Assembly: GCA_021324235.1 (NCBI GenBank)
Contig: JAJPJM010000154.1
Span: 83-64,082 of the forward strand
Direction: 5' to 3'
DNA: 64,000 nucleotides
Origin: Verrucomicrobiota bacterium
GTDB taxonomy: Bacteria > Verrucomicrobiota > Verrucomicrobiia > Limisphaerales > UBA11358
The notes under the pieces are model-generated. The model searched no databases, was not told the DNA's origin, and saw only the letters and a program-made list of their open reading frames with translations. This document shows, one piece after another, positions 1-8,159 of this stretch (the stretch's first letter is position 1; every line of letters begins with the position of its first letter). The translations under genes and the position numbers were made by a program.

Positions 1-1016
1 CGGTTGCCGGCTTTAATGGCCCGGCCCACGGCATCTTCGATGGCCACCGCCGCGTCATTTAATCCGAAGCTGTGCCGCAACATCAACGCCGCCGACAAAA
101 TTTGGGCGATGGGATTCGCCAGATTTTTTCCCGCGATGTCCGGCGCGGTGCCGCCGGCGGGCTCGTAAAAGCCGAACGTGCTTTCACCACTCGTCGCGCC
201 CAGACTCGCGCTGGGCAGCATGCCCAGGGAACCGGCCAGCGCCGCCGCCTCGTCGCTTAAAATGTCGCCGAACATGTTTTCGCACAGCATCACGTCGAAC
301 TGTGTCGGCTTGAGCATGAGCTGCATGGCGGCGTTGTCCACAAACATGTGTTCCAGCGCCACATCCTGATAATTTTTGCCAATGCGCGTAACGACGTCGC
401 GCCACAGCACGCCGTTTTCGAGCACGTTGGCCTTGTCAATGCTCGTGACCCGTTTGCGGCGTAAGCGGGCAGCTTTAAACGCAACGTGAGCAATGCGTTC
501 GATTTCCGGCGTCGTGTATACCATCGTGTCAATCGCCCGCTGGCCGCCGGTCACGTCCTCCGTTTTCTTCGGCTGCCCAAAATACATGCCACCGGTCAGC
601 TCGCGCACGACGAGCATATCAATGCCGTCACCCTGCCGTTCCGGTCGCAGCGGACACGCGTGCGCCAGCGCCTTCGGCAACCGCACCGGACGGAGATTGG
701 CGAACAAACCGAACTCCTTGCGAATGCGCAGCAAGGCGGCGCGTTCGGGGCGTTCTTCCTTGGGCAGGGTCGGGTCCCGATCGGGTAAACCGACCGAACC
801 GAACAAAATGGCGTCGGCTTTCCTGCAAAGCGCGAGCGTGGCGTCCGGCAGCGCCTGGCCGGCCGCATCAATGCCCGCCCAGCCCACCGGCGCCTCGGTG
901 AGGTCGAGCCCAAAACCGAATTTCTTTTCCGTGGCGCGCAAAACCTTGATCGCTTCGCGCATCACTTCCGGCCCGATGCCATCGCCGGCCAACGCTGCAA
1001 TTTTGAAAATCTTCAT
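1..1016 (-). CDS. leuB: 3-isopropylmalate dehydrogenase (C-terminal end cut by window edge)
   Basis: Own reverse-strand translation from ATG at 1016-1014: MKIFKIAALAGDGIGPEVMREAIKVL...LFGSVGLP...FANLRPV...VRELTGGMYFG...MLCENMFGDILSDEAAALAGSLGMLPSASL...YEPAGGTAPDIAGKNLANPIA. These are typical IMDH-family motifs. It is absent from the ORF track because the frame is still open at position 1. Confidence 0.9.
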   Translation of the reverse strand, partial: MKIFKIAALAGDGIGPEVMREAIKVLRATEKKFGFGLDLTEAPVGWAGIDAAGQALPDATLALCRKADAILFGSVGLPDRDPTLPKEERPERAALLRIRKEFGLFANLRPVRLPKALAHACPLRPERQGDGIDMLVVRELTGGMYFGQPKKTEDVTGGQRAIDTMVYTTPEIERIAHVAFKAARLRRKRVTSIDKANVLENGVLWRDVVTRIGKNYQDVALEHMFVDNAAMQLMLKPTQFDVMLCENMFGDILSDEAAALAGSLGMLPSASLGATSGESTFGFYEPAGGTAPDIAGKNLANPIAQILSAALMLRHSFGLNDAAVAIEDAVGRAIKAGN

Positions 1017-1109
1017 GAGTCTGGAACCGCGATGCTACGGTTTTGGCGCGCGGTGACAACGGAATTTTACGCGCTCGACATTCGCCATCTGTCATTTGAA
1101 ATTTTCCCC

Positions 1110-1601
1110 ATGCCTTTGCCTTACAAGGTCGCCACGTTGCTTTATTGCTTCGACGAACAGGACGAGTTGCTGTTGCTGGAACGCGCGCAGGAACCGAACC
1201 GCGGATTCTGGAGCCCCTGCGGCGGCAAGCTGAAAATGGACCTCGGTGAATCGCCTTATGCCTGCGCCTGCCGGGAAGCCGGGGAGGAACTGGGCCTCCG
1301 CCTCCGGACGGCGGATCTGCATCTGACCGGCCTGGTCAGCGAACACGGTTATCAAGGCCAGACGCATTGGCTGATGTTCCTGTTTGAAGTGACGGTGAAG
1401 GTGAAGGCGCTGCCGCCGCCGCACGCCGAAGGGCGGTTTCAATTTTTCCCGCGGGCGGCGCTGGCTTCGCTGAAAATTCCCCGGACCGACCGCGAACAAA
1501 TCTGGCCCTGGTTCTGGCAACATCGCGGCGGCTTTTTCGCGGCGCATTGCCATTGCCATCCGGAGGGACGCAACGATTGGACGCTTGAAGAAGGGCGGTG
1601 A
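1110..1601 (+). CDS. Nudix hydrolase
   Basis: Track ORF 1032..1601. Nudix box GESPYACACREAGEELGL (E-x7-REUxEExGU). Internal ATG at 1110 (MPLPYKV) is the more likely start. Confidence 0.8.
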   Translation: MPLPYKVATLLYCFDEQDELLLLERAQEPNRGFWSPCGGKLKMDLGESPYACACREAGEELGLRLRTADLHLTGLVSEHGYQGQTHWLMFLFEVTVKVKALPPPHAEGRFQFFPRAALASLKIPRTDREQIWPWFWQHRGGFFAAHCHCHPEGRNDWTLEEGR

Positions 1602-1672
1602 ATTGGCGATTGATGGTTTACGATTCGGGATTTTTTCGTAAGCTTCGCGCGCGAACACAGTCATCCATTATC

Positions 1673-2188
1673 ATGCCCGACGAACCCATCATTGACCTGC
1701 ACAGCGATGACTATTTCATGGGCGAAGCGCTGCGTCAGGCGGGCAAGGCTTACGAAGCGGGCGAGGTTCCCATCGGTGCGGTCATTGTACGCGCGGGGCG
1801 CATCATTGCCCGGGCGTTCAACCAGGTCGAATTGCTCAAGGATGCGACCGCGCATGCGGAAATGCTCGCCCTCACCCAGGCAGAGGAGGTCATGGGCGAC
1901 TGGCGGCTGACCGATTGCACGCTTTATGTGACGAAAGAGCCGTGTCCGATGTGCGCGGGTGCCATGGTGCATACGCGGCTGGCGCGCGTGGTGTTCGGGG
2001 CGGCTGACCTCAAGGCCGGTGCCGCCGGCAGCGCGATGAATTTGCTGCAATTTCCCACGCTGAACCATCGTTCTGAAGTCACCCCTGGCGTGTGCGAGGC
2101 TGAGTGCCGCGCGCTGTTGCAGAACTTTTTCGCGGCACAACGGCTTTTGCCGAGGCCAAAAAACAAATCCGACGCCCGGCAGGAATAG
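1673..2188 (+). CDS. tadA: tRNA-specific adenosine deaminase
   Basis: Track ORF 1598..2188. CDA zinc motifs HAEMLAL and PCPMCAGA, with typical TadA length. ATG at 1673 (MPDEPIIDL) is the likely start. Confidence 0.85.
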   Translation: MPDEPIIDLHSDDYFMGEALRQAGKAYEAGEVPIGAVIVRAGRIIARAFNQVELLKDATAHAEMLALTQAEEVMGDWRLTDCTLYVTKEPCPMCAGAMVHTRLARVVFGAADLKAGAAGSAMNLLQFPTLNHRSEVTPGVCEAECRALLQNFFAAQRLLPRPKNKSDARQE

Positions 2189-2269
2189 CAGAAATCGAAT
2201 GCGGGCCATCTTCGAAATCAATGGACAAAGGCAGAGGCACCAAATTCAATTTTACAACTGAGATCCGCC

Positions 2270-2300
2270 AAAAAAAAGAGGCATCCCGATGGGATGCCTC
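2270..2300 (-). terminator. Rho-independent terminator of the prepilin-like gene
   Basis: Perfect 10-bp stem GAGGCATCCC (2278-2287), loop GAT, GGGATGCCTC (2291-2300). On the minus strand it is followed by T8 (A-run 2270-2277), 31 nt downstream of the stop at 2331. Confidence 0.7.
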
Positions 2301-2330
2301 ATGAATCTCAGATTGTGGAAACAAACCCGT

Positions 2331-3092
2331 TTATTGCGGGAAATTGTAATAAATAATGGTGTTGCCAAAACTATTGGTAGCCTGCTCCAGGGCCGATACC
2401 AAATTTGCCGGGGTTTCTTGTTGTGCGCTTCCATCGGCCAACCCGACGTTGCCTTCGCCCAAATGCAGGTCTCCCGGGGTATAGGTCCAATTTTGAAAGG
2501 CCGCGAATATATTACCATTATTACCCTTCGTAAACATCGTCGTAGGAGCTGCAGTACTGCTGATATTGCGATCACCAATCAGGAGCAATTGGGGCTGGGT
2601 ATCAATGGCATCACCGCAGACAAAATAACTCAAATAGTTGGTGCTGTTGACGTTTGGTACTTGAGGCGAGACCGTATTCGGAACGTTAATGAATTCTGCA
2701 TCCCAGTTCGTCGCCGCGTTGCGCGTGCTGTCTGACGGACAGATAATCAGCTTGGGGTCGCTGACGGTATTCGACATCACCGCAAAAACCATCGCAGTGT
2801 TGTAAGTGAAACCGGCCATCGTGCCTGGATTCGCCGTGCTCCAAACATAGTTCTCGGCGCCGCCCTGACTATTGGGAACCGTCATCGAAAACTGGCCGTT
2901 ATTGTCATCCCCCCACACCCGGAAAGCCACGCCGAGCTGCCGGAGGTTGCTCACGCAACTGATGCGTTGCGCCTTGCGTTTGGCGGCGGCGAGCGCCGGC
3001 AGTAACATGGCCGCCAGAATGGCGATGATGGCAATCACCACCAGCAGTTCAATCAGGGTGAAAGCCTTTTGTCGTTTTAGAATTCTTTTCAT
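2331..3092 (-). CDS. Prepilin-type N-terminal cleavage/methylation domain protein, DUF1559 (H-X9-DG) family
   Basis: Track ORF 2331..3167. [26 protein letters not shown] pseudopilin N-terminus. C-terminal H-X9-DG motif [15 protein letters not shown] at 3092 ([17 protein letters not shown]) is the likely start. Confidence 0.8.
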   Translation of the reverse strand: MKRILKRQKAFTLIELLVVIAIIAILAAMLLPALAAAKRKAQRISCVSNLRQLGVAFRVWGDDNNGQFSMTVPNSQGGAENYVWSTANPGTMAGFTYNTAMVFAVMSNTVSDPKLIICPSDSTRNAATNWDAEFINVPNTVSPQVPNVNSTNYLSYFVCGDAIDTQPQLLLIGDRNISSTAAPTTMFTKGNNGNIFAAFQNWTYTPGDLHLGEGNVGLADGSAQQETPANLVSALEQATNSFGNTIIYYNFPQ

Positions 3093-3373
3093 AACTTGAC
3101 TAGGTGTTTGTTTTTTTTCGTTCGAGTGACAGTTGGCCAAAACTATCGGAATTACGCGGACTGTCAATACACTTTACAGGAAAATCTCTAGCACTGGCGG
3201 TGCCAAATAAAAAATTTGCGAAATCGCCGTGAAAATTGAATTTCCGCGGAACCAAACCGCCACGCGCGCAAAATTTTCACGCAGCGCGCGTGAAAACCAC
3301 GCGCCGGCACGCGTCCGGGCCGGCTAAAATCTCATTTACAGCCGTGCGTTCATCGCAAACACTGGCCAACCCA

Positions 3374-4972
3374 ATGGCTGAATCAAAAGAAAATGTTCTG
3401 ATGGAAAAAATCGTGTCGTTGTGCAAGCGGCGCGGGTTTATTTATCAATCCTCCGAGATTTACGGCGGCATCAACGGCTTTTGGGACTACGGCCCGCTGG
3501 GCGCGGAACTCAAGCGCAACGTCAAGGAGCTCTGGTGGAACACCATGACCCGCCAGCGCGATGACGTGGTCGGCCTCGAAGCCACCATCATCATGTCGCC
3601 GCAAATCTGGAAGGCCAGCGGTCACGTGGACACCTTCAGTGACCCGATGATTGACTGCAAAACCTGCAAGGGCCGGTTCCGCGCCGACCAAACCCACGAA
3701 ATTCCCTGCCCGCAAAAGCCAAGCAAGATGGTTTCGGAATGTCACGGTGAGAAAACCCCTCCGCGGGCGTTCAATCTGATGTTCCAGACTTACGTCGGCC
3801 CGGTGCAGGACGATTCGGCCATCGCCTATCTCCGCCCTGAAACCGCCCAGGCGATTTTCGCGCAATTCAAAAACGTGCTGGAAACGTCGCGCCAGAAGGT
3901 TCCCTTTGGCATCGCCCAGGTGGGCAAGGCGTTCCGCAACGAGGTCACGCCGCGCAATTTTACCTTCCGCTCCCGCGAGTTTGAGCAGATGGAACTGGAA
4001 TTTTTCATCAAACCGGATGAAGTCGTTGAAGCCATCGCCGGACGCGTCGCGTCCACCGCCGAAATCGGAAATCGGAAATCGGAAATCGGAAATCCGGACT
4101 GGGGCTGGGAAGCGTGGCACAAATACTGGGTGGAACAACGCATCGCGTTTTATGAAGGCATCGGACTGCCGCGCACCACGCTGGTCGAGTATTGGCAAAA
4201 GCCGGAGGAATTGGCGCATTACGCCCGCGCCTGCGTGGACATTCTGTTCACCTTCCCGTTTGGCACGCAGGAGCTGGAAGGTATCGCCGCGCGAAGCGAC
4301 TTCGACCTGAGCCAGCATGAACGCTTTTCCGGCAAACCGATGGGCGTGTTCGAGGAGGAACTCCGCACGGCCTGGAACCAATTGCCGAAGGAAAAACAGG
4401 ATGCACTTTGGCGGCGCTATTACGAAAACCGGAAAAAGTACCTCGTCAAAATGGGCGTGGCGGAGGAAACGGCCGCGCGGGACGCCACCGAGGACGCCAA
4501 CGGCCTGGCGAAGGGCCAATATATTCCTCACGTCATTGAACCCTCGGCGGGCGTGGACCGTCTAATTCTGGCCTTGATTGCCAACGCTTACAGCGAAGAC
4601 CAGATGCCGGACGAGAAGGGCAAACCGGAGACGCGGGTGGTGCTGAAATTTCATCCGCGGGTCGCCCCCATCAAGGTGGCCGTGCTGCCTTTGCTCAAGA
4701 ACAAGCCCGAGCTCGTGAAAAAAGCGCAGGCGGTGCGCGACCAACTGCGTCCGTGGATGAATGTGTTCTATGACGATGCGGGGGCGATCGGCCGCCGTTA
4801 CCGCCGCCAGGACGAAGCGGGCACGCCGTTCTGCATCACGATCGACTTCGATACCCTGGGCGAGAAGCCGGAGTTGCAGGACACGGTCACGATGCGCCAT
4901 CGCGACGACGGTAAACAGGAACGCCTCGCGATCGGGGAACTGTTAAATTGGTTGCTGCCGAAAATCCGCTGA
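3374..4972 (+). CDS. glyQS: Glycine--tRNA ligase (dimeric class II type)
   Basis: Track ORF 3236..4972. MEKIVSLCKRRGFIYQSSEIYGGINGFWDYGPLGAELKRN, RPETAQAIF, FRNEVTPRNFTFRSREFEQMELEFF, IEPSAGVDR, and an anticodon-binding C-terminus. ATG at 3374 is the likely start. Confidence 0.9.
   Translation: MAESKENVLMEKIVSLCKRRGFIYQSSEIYGGINGFWDYGPLGAELKRNVKELWWNTMTRQRDDVVGLEATIIMSPQIWKASGHVDTFSDPMIDCKTCKGRFRADQTHEIPCPQKPSKMVSECHGEKTPPRAFNLMFQTYVGPVQDDSAIAYLRPETAQAIFAQFKNVLETSRQKVPFGIAQVGKAFRNEVTPRNFTFRSREFEQMELEFFIKPDEVVEAIAGRVASTAEIGNRKSEIGNPDWGWEAWHKYWVEQRIAFYEGIGLPRTTLVEYWQKPEELAHYARACVDILFTFPFGTQELEGIAARSDFDLSQHERFSGKPMGVFEEELRTAWNQLPKEKQDALWRRYYENRKKYLVKMGVAEETAARDATEDANGLAKGQYIPHVIEPSAGVDRLILALIANAYSEDQMPDEKGKPETRVVLKFHPRVAPIKVAVLPLLKNKPELVKKAQAVRDQLRPWMNVFYDDAGAIGRRYRRQDEAGTPFCITIDFDTLGEKPELQDTVTMRHRDDGKQERLAIGELLNWLLPKIR
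4061..4095. repeat. 7-bp tandem repeat (GAAATCG x4 + GAAATCC) inside glyQS
   Basis: Read directly: gaaatcg gaaatcg gaaatcg gaaatcg gaaatcc. It encodes AEIGNRKSEIGNP. Confidence 0.9.
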
Positions 4973-5502
4973 TGACTGAAAGCGCAAAACCATCCCTCCG
5001 GAAAAAGATCGCGCCGACACTTTACTTCATTATCGCGGTCAAGCTGATCAAGGCCGCGGTGTTGATTCTGCTGGCGCTGGGCGTCTTTTCACTGGCGAAC
5101 CGGGATTTGTCGGACATGTTCGACCAATTTTTGCGGTGGGTGCATCTCGACCCGGAACGAAACTTTTTTGCCAGCATCGGCGATTGGCTGGATACGATCA
5201 CGCCGACGAACGTGCGCGTGTTCGCGTCGGGCACATTTCTCTGCGGATTGTTCCTGCTCGTTGAGAGCCTGGGACTGGCGTGGCGCGCAAAATGGGCCAT
5301 CTGGCTGGCCATCGGCGAATCGGCATTTTTCATCCCCATCGAGGTCTTTGAACTGGTGCACCGCCGGCCCGAATTGACGGGCCCGGTACGACCCATGTTC
5401 GCCCATCCCAAAATCGGATTGGCCATCGTGCTGGCGTTGAACGTATTAATCGTCTGGTATTTGCTTAAAAACCGGGAACGGCTCTTCCGGCATCACCACT
5501 GA
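4972..5502 (+). CDS. DUF2127-like membrane protein
   Basis: Track ORF 4948..5502 with four hydrophobic helices. The KLIKAAVLILLALGVFSL...ESLGLAWRAKWAIWLAIGESAFFIPIEVFEL pattern resembles DUF2127. ATG at 4972 overlaps the glyQS stop (TGATG). Confidence 0.6.
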   Translation: MTESAKPSLRKKIAPTLYFIIAVKLIKAAVLILLALGVFSLANRDLSDMFDQFLRWVHLDPERNFFASIGDWLDTITPTNVRVFASGTFLCGLFLLVESLGLAWRAKWAIWLAIGESAFFIPIEVFELVHRRPELTGPVRPMFAHPKIGLAIVLALNVLIVWYLLKNRERLFRHHH

Positions 5503-5557
5503 CTGAACCCGAAATTTCCCGTTTCCCATTCCACCCCGGACCAGCCATCCTCTTTTT

Positions 5558-6319
5558 GTGACCACTGCTGAAGCCATAAAACTTTTGGAAGCGTTTCGCG
5601 CCGGGAAGGCCACACGGGAGCGGGTCCTGCGCGCCTTTCAATCCGCGCCGCTGGCCGACCTCGGCTTTGCGCAGGTGGACACGCATCGTGCCCTGCGCAA
5701 GGGCTTTCCCGAAGTGATTTTCGGTTCCGGCAAAACACCGGAGCAGGTGGTCCAAATCGCCGCGCAAATCCTGACGCAGGAACAACGCGTGCTGATCACC
5801 CGCATCACGCCTGAACACGCCCGGGCGCTGTGTAAAAAATTCAAGCGGACGGTTCATCATGCCATTGCCCGCTGCGCGACCATCGAGAAAAAGCCATTGC
5901 CGAAAAGGCCCGGGGCCATCGCCGTCGTTTGCGCCGGCACCAGCGACCTGCCGGTGGCCGAGGAAGCCGCCGTCACGGCGGAAATCATGGGCAACCGGGT
6001 CGAACGCGTCCGGGATGCCGGGGTTTCGGGTTTGCACCGGCTGCTCCCGCATTTGGCAACGATTCAAAGCGCCAGCGTGTTGATTGTCGTCGCCGGCATG
6101 GAAGGCGCGCTGCCCAGCGTGGTCGCCGGGATGGTTTCCCGGCCGGTGATCGCCGTGCCGACGAGCATCGGTTACGGCGCGAGTTTCGGCGGAGTGGCGG
6201 CGCTGCTGGCGATGTTGAACAGTTGTGCCAGCGGGGTCACGGTGGTGAACATAGACAACGGCTTCGGCGCCGGTTACGCCGCGAGCCAGATCAACATGCT
6301 CTGTAGCGGCGGTCTGTGA
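5558..6319 (+). CDS. larB: Nickel-pincer cofactor biosynthesis protein LarB (PurE-like carboxylase/hydrolase)
   Basis: GTG start. AVVCAGTSDLPVAEEA, VAGMEGALPSVVAG, AVPTSIGYGASFGG and VNIDNGFGAG motifs typical of LarB. larC lies downstream. Confidence 0.8.
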   Translation: MTTAEAIKLLEAFRAGKATRERVLRAFQSAPLADLGFAQVDTHRALRKGFPEVIFGSGKTPEQVVQIAAQILTQEQRVLITRITPEHARALCKKFKRTVHHAIARCATIEKKPLPKRPGAIAVVCAGTSDLPVAEEAAVTAEIMGNRVERVRDAGVSGLHRLLPHLATIQSASVLIVVAGMEGALPSVVAGMVSRPVIAVPTSIGYGASFGGVAALLAMLNSCASGVTVVNIDNGFGAGYAASQINMLCSGGL

Positions 6320-6326
6320 CCGCCGC
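6306..6326. repeat. REP-like palindrome GCGGCGGTC-TGT-GACCGCCGC
   Basis: Perfect 9-bp stem with a 3-nt loop. It contains the larB TGA stop (6317-6319). Confidence 0.85.
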
Positions 6327-6332
6327 CATTTT

Positions 6333-6824
6333 ATGGAACGCTTGCATCGTTTGGAGCGGTTGCAGGTTGAAAATCCGGTCTATTTCATCACTTTTTGCAC
6401 ACATAAACGGATGGCCATCCTCACCAACCAGCAAATACATTTTGTTTGCCTGAATTTTTTTGCAGAAGCGTCTAAAAGGAATATTTTTGTCGGCCGGTAT
6501 ATTTTAATGCCCGATCACATTCATTTGTTCGTCAAACCTCCTCCGCCCGCGGAAAATCTCTCCATCTGGGTCAAAAGCTTGAAGAATTGTTTGTCCAAGG
6601 AATTGAGGAGGCGTGGTGTGTCATCGCCGCACTGGCAAAAAGGCTTTTTTGATCACATCCTTCGCTCCGGTGAATCCTACTCCGAAAAATGGCTCTATGT
6701 AGTTGAAAATTGTGTTCGCGCCGGTTTGGTAAAAGACTGGACGGATTGGCCATTTCAGGGAGAAATACATGCCTTGGGATTTGACGAAGAAATGCGGCGG
6801 TCACAGACCGCCGCTACAAGATAA
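6333..6824 (+). CDS. REP-associated tyrosine transposase (RAYT, IS200/Y1 transposase-like)
   Basis: YFITFCTHKR, HUH motif MPDHIHLFV, WQKGFFDHILRS, and catalytic-Tyr region WLYVVENCVRAGLVKDWTDWPF. This is the same order as in E. coli YafM-type RAYTs. Confidence 0.8.
   Translation: MERLHRLERLQVENPVYFITFCTHKRMAILTNQQIHFVCLNFFAEASKRNIFVGRYILMPDHIHLFVKPPPPAENLSIWVKSLKNCLSKELRRRGVSSPHWQKGFFDHILRSGESYSEKWLYVVENCVRAGLVKDWTDWPFQGEIHALGFDEEMRRSQTAATR
6794..6814. repeat. REP-like palindrome GCGGCGGTC-ACA-GACCGCCGC (inverted copy)
   Basis: Exact reverse complement of 6306-6326. It lies in the last codons of the RAYT ORF, 16 nt before the larC ATG. Confidence 0.85.
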
Positions 6825-6829
6825 AAGAT

Positions 6830-8098
6830 ATGAAAACGCTTTATCTCGACCTTTTCAGCGGCATCAGTGGCGACATGTTTATTGGCGCGTTGATCGATCT
6901 GGGCGTGGAGGTGCGCCGACTGGAGCGCGAGTTGGACAAGATGAAACTCGACGGCTGGCACGTTCATGTTCTCCACCAGCAGAAATCCGGCATTGCCGGC
7001 GTCAAGTTCGACGTGCATGTGCACCGCGGCCAAGGGCACGGACACCCACACCATTCGCACCATGATCATCACCACGACGACAGCCGCAATTTCGCCGAAA
7101 TCAAACGTCTCATCTCGCGCAGCCGGCTTTCGAATTGGGTGAAGAAAAAATCCAGCGCCGTGTTCCGACGCATTGCTGAAGCCGAGGGAAAAATTCACGG
7201 CCTGCCCCCGGCACGCGTCCATTTCCACGAAGTCGGCGCGGTGGATTCGATCGTGGACATCGTGGGCGCCTGCATCGCGCTGGAACTGCTCGGCAAACCG
7301 CGCGTGGTCGCCTCGCCGGTAATCGAGGGCGTGGGGTGGGTGGATTGCGCGCACGGGCGATTTCCGATTCCAGCGCCGGCGACGCTGGCGATCCTCGGTG
7401 CGCGGGGCATCGGCCTGACCCAATGCGATGAGCCACATGAATTGGTCACCCCCACGGGCGCGGCATTGCTGGCGGAGTTCGCCGAAAGTTTCGGTCCGAT
7501 GCAAAATCTGGTTGCCGGAAAAACCGGTTTTGGCCTGGGGACGCGAGAGAACAAAACGCGGCCCAATGTTTTGCGCGCCGTGCTCGGCAAGGCGTCCACA
7601 ATCCAAAACCCAAAATCCAGGGTTGAAACAACCGGTTCTCCCAAACGAGATTGGGAAACGGACACCATTGCGGTCCTGGAGACCAATCTGGACGACACGA
7701 ACCCTGAGATTCTCGGCCACTTCGTCGAAACCGCCCTGACCGCGGGTGCGCTGGACGTTTTTTATACCCCGGTTCAAATGAAGAAAAACCGGCCCGGGGT
7801 ATTGCTCACGGTTTTGTGCGCGGAATCGGAAGCGGACCGATTCAGTGAAATGATTTTATGCGAGACCAGTGCCTTTGGTGTGCGACGCACGGTGGCGGAG
7901 CGGCGCAAATTGCGGCGTGAATTCGTCGATGTCAAAACAACCTACGGCAGAATCACTGTCAAATTGGGGAAATTTAACGAAAAAGTGGTTCAGGCGGCAC
8001 CGGAATTCGAATCGTGTAAAAAACTGGCGGCCCGGGCAAAAATTCCATTAAAGCGGGTTTATGACGCGGCAAACCGGGCCATTAGGACAAAGGAATAA
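6830..8098 (+). CDS. larC: Nickel insertion protein LarC (DUF111 family)
   Basis: N-terminus MKTLYLDLFSGISGDMFIGALIDLG. His-rich segment HVHRGQGHGHPHHSHHDHHHDD. FHEVGAVDSIVDIVG. Typical length for the family. Confidence 0.85.
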   Translation: MKTLYLDLFSGISGDMFIGALIDLGVEVRRLERELDKMKLDGWHVHVLHQQKSGIAGVKFDVHVHRGQGHGHPHHSHHDHHHDDSRNFAEIKRLISRSRLSNWVKKKSSAVFRRIAEAEGKIHGLPPARVHFHEVGAVDSIVDIVGACIALELLGKPRVVASPVIEGVGWVDCAHGRFPIPAPATLAILGARGIGLTQCDEPHELVTPTGAALLAEFAESFGPMQNLVAGKTGFGLGTRENKTRPNVLRAVLGKASTIQNPKSRVETTGSPKRDWETDTIAVLETNLDDTNPEILGHFVETALTAGALDVFYTPVQMKKNRPGVLLTVLCAESEADRFSEMILCETSAFGVRRTVAERRKLRREFVDVKTTYGRITVKLGKFNEKVVQAAPEFESCKKLAARAKIPLKRVYDAANRAIRTKE

Positions 8099-8159
8099 TC
8101 ATGTTTATTTTCCTTGCGTAAAGGCCGATGAATTGCTTAATTACTTGCTGTAATCTATT

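Larger units (their letters stand above)
6306..6826 (+). mobile_element. REP-hairpin / RAYT / REP-hairpin unit inserted between larB and larC
   Basis: A 21-nt hairpin at 6306-6326 and its exact reverse complement at 6794-6814 bracket an IS200-like tyrosine transposase ORF. Confidence 0.65.

Noticed and set aside
3093-3373. T-box riboswitch upstream of glyQS
   Set aside because: I could find only one short hairpin. There is no recognisable T-box consensus or specifier-loop architecture, and T-boxes are not expected in this lineage. This needs an Infernal scan to be certain.
3383-4531. 382-aa minus-strand ORF
   Set aside because: It is antisense to glyQS, which is unambiguous. No motifs. Shadow ORF.
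6755-7777. 340-aa minus-strand ORF
   Set aside because: It is antisense to larC and would run through the right REP hairpin. No motifs. Shadow ORF.
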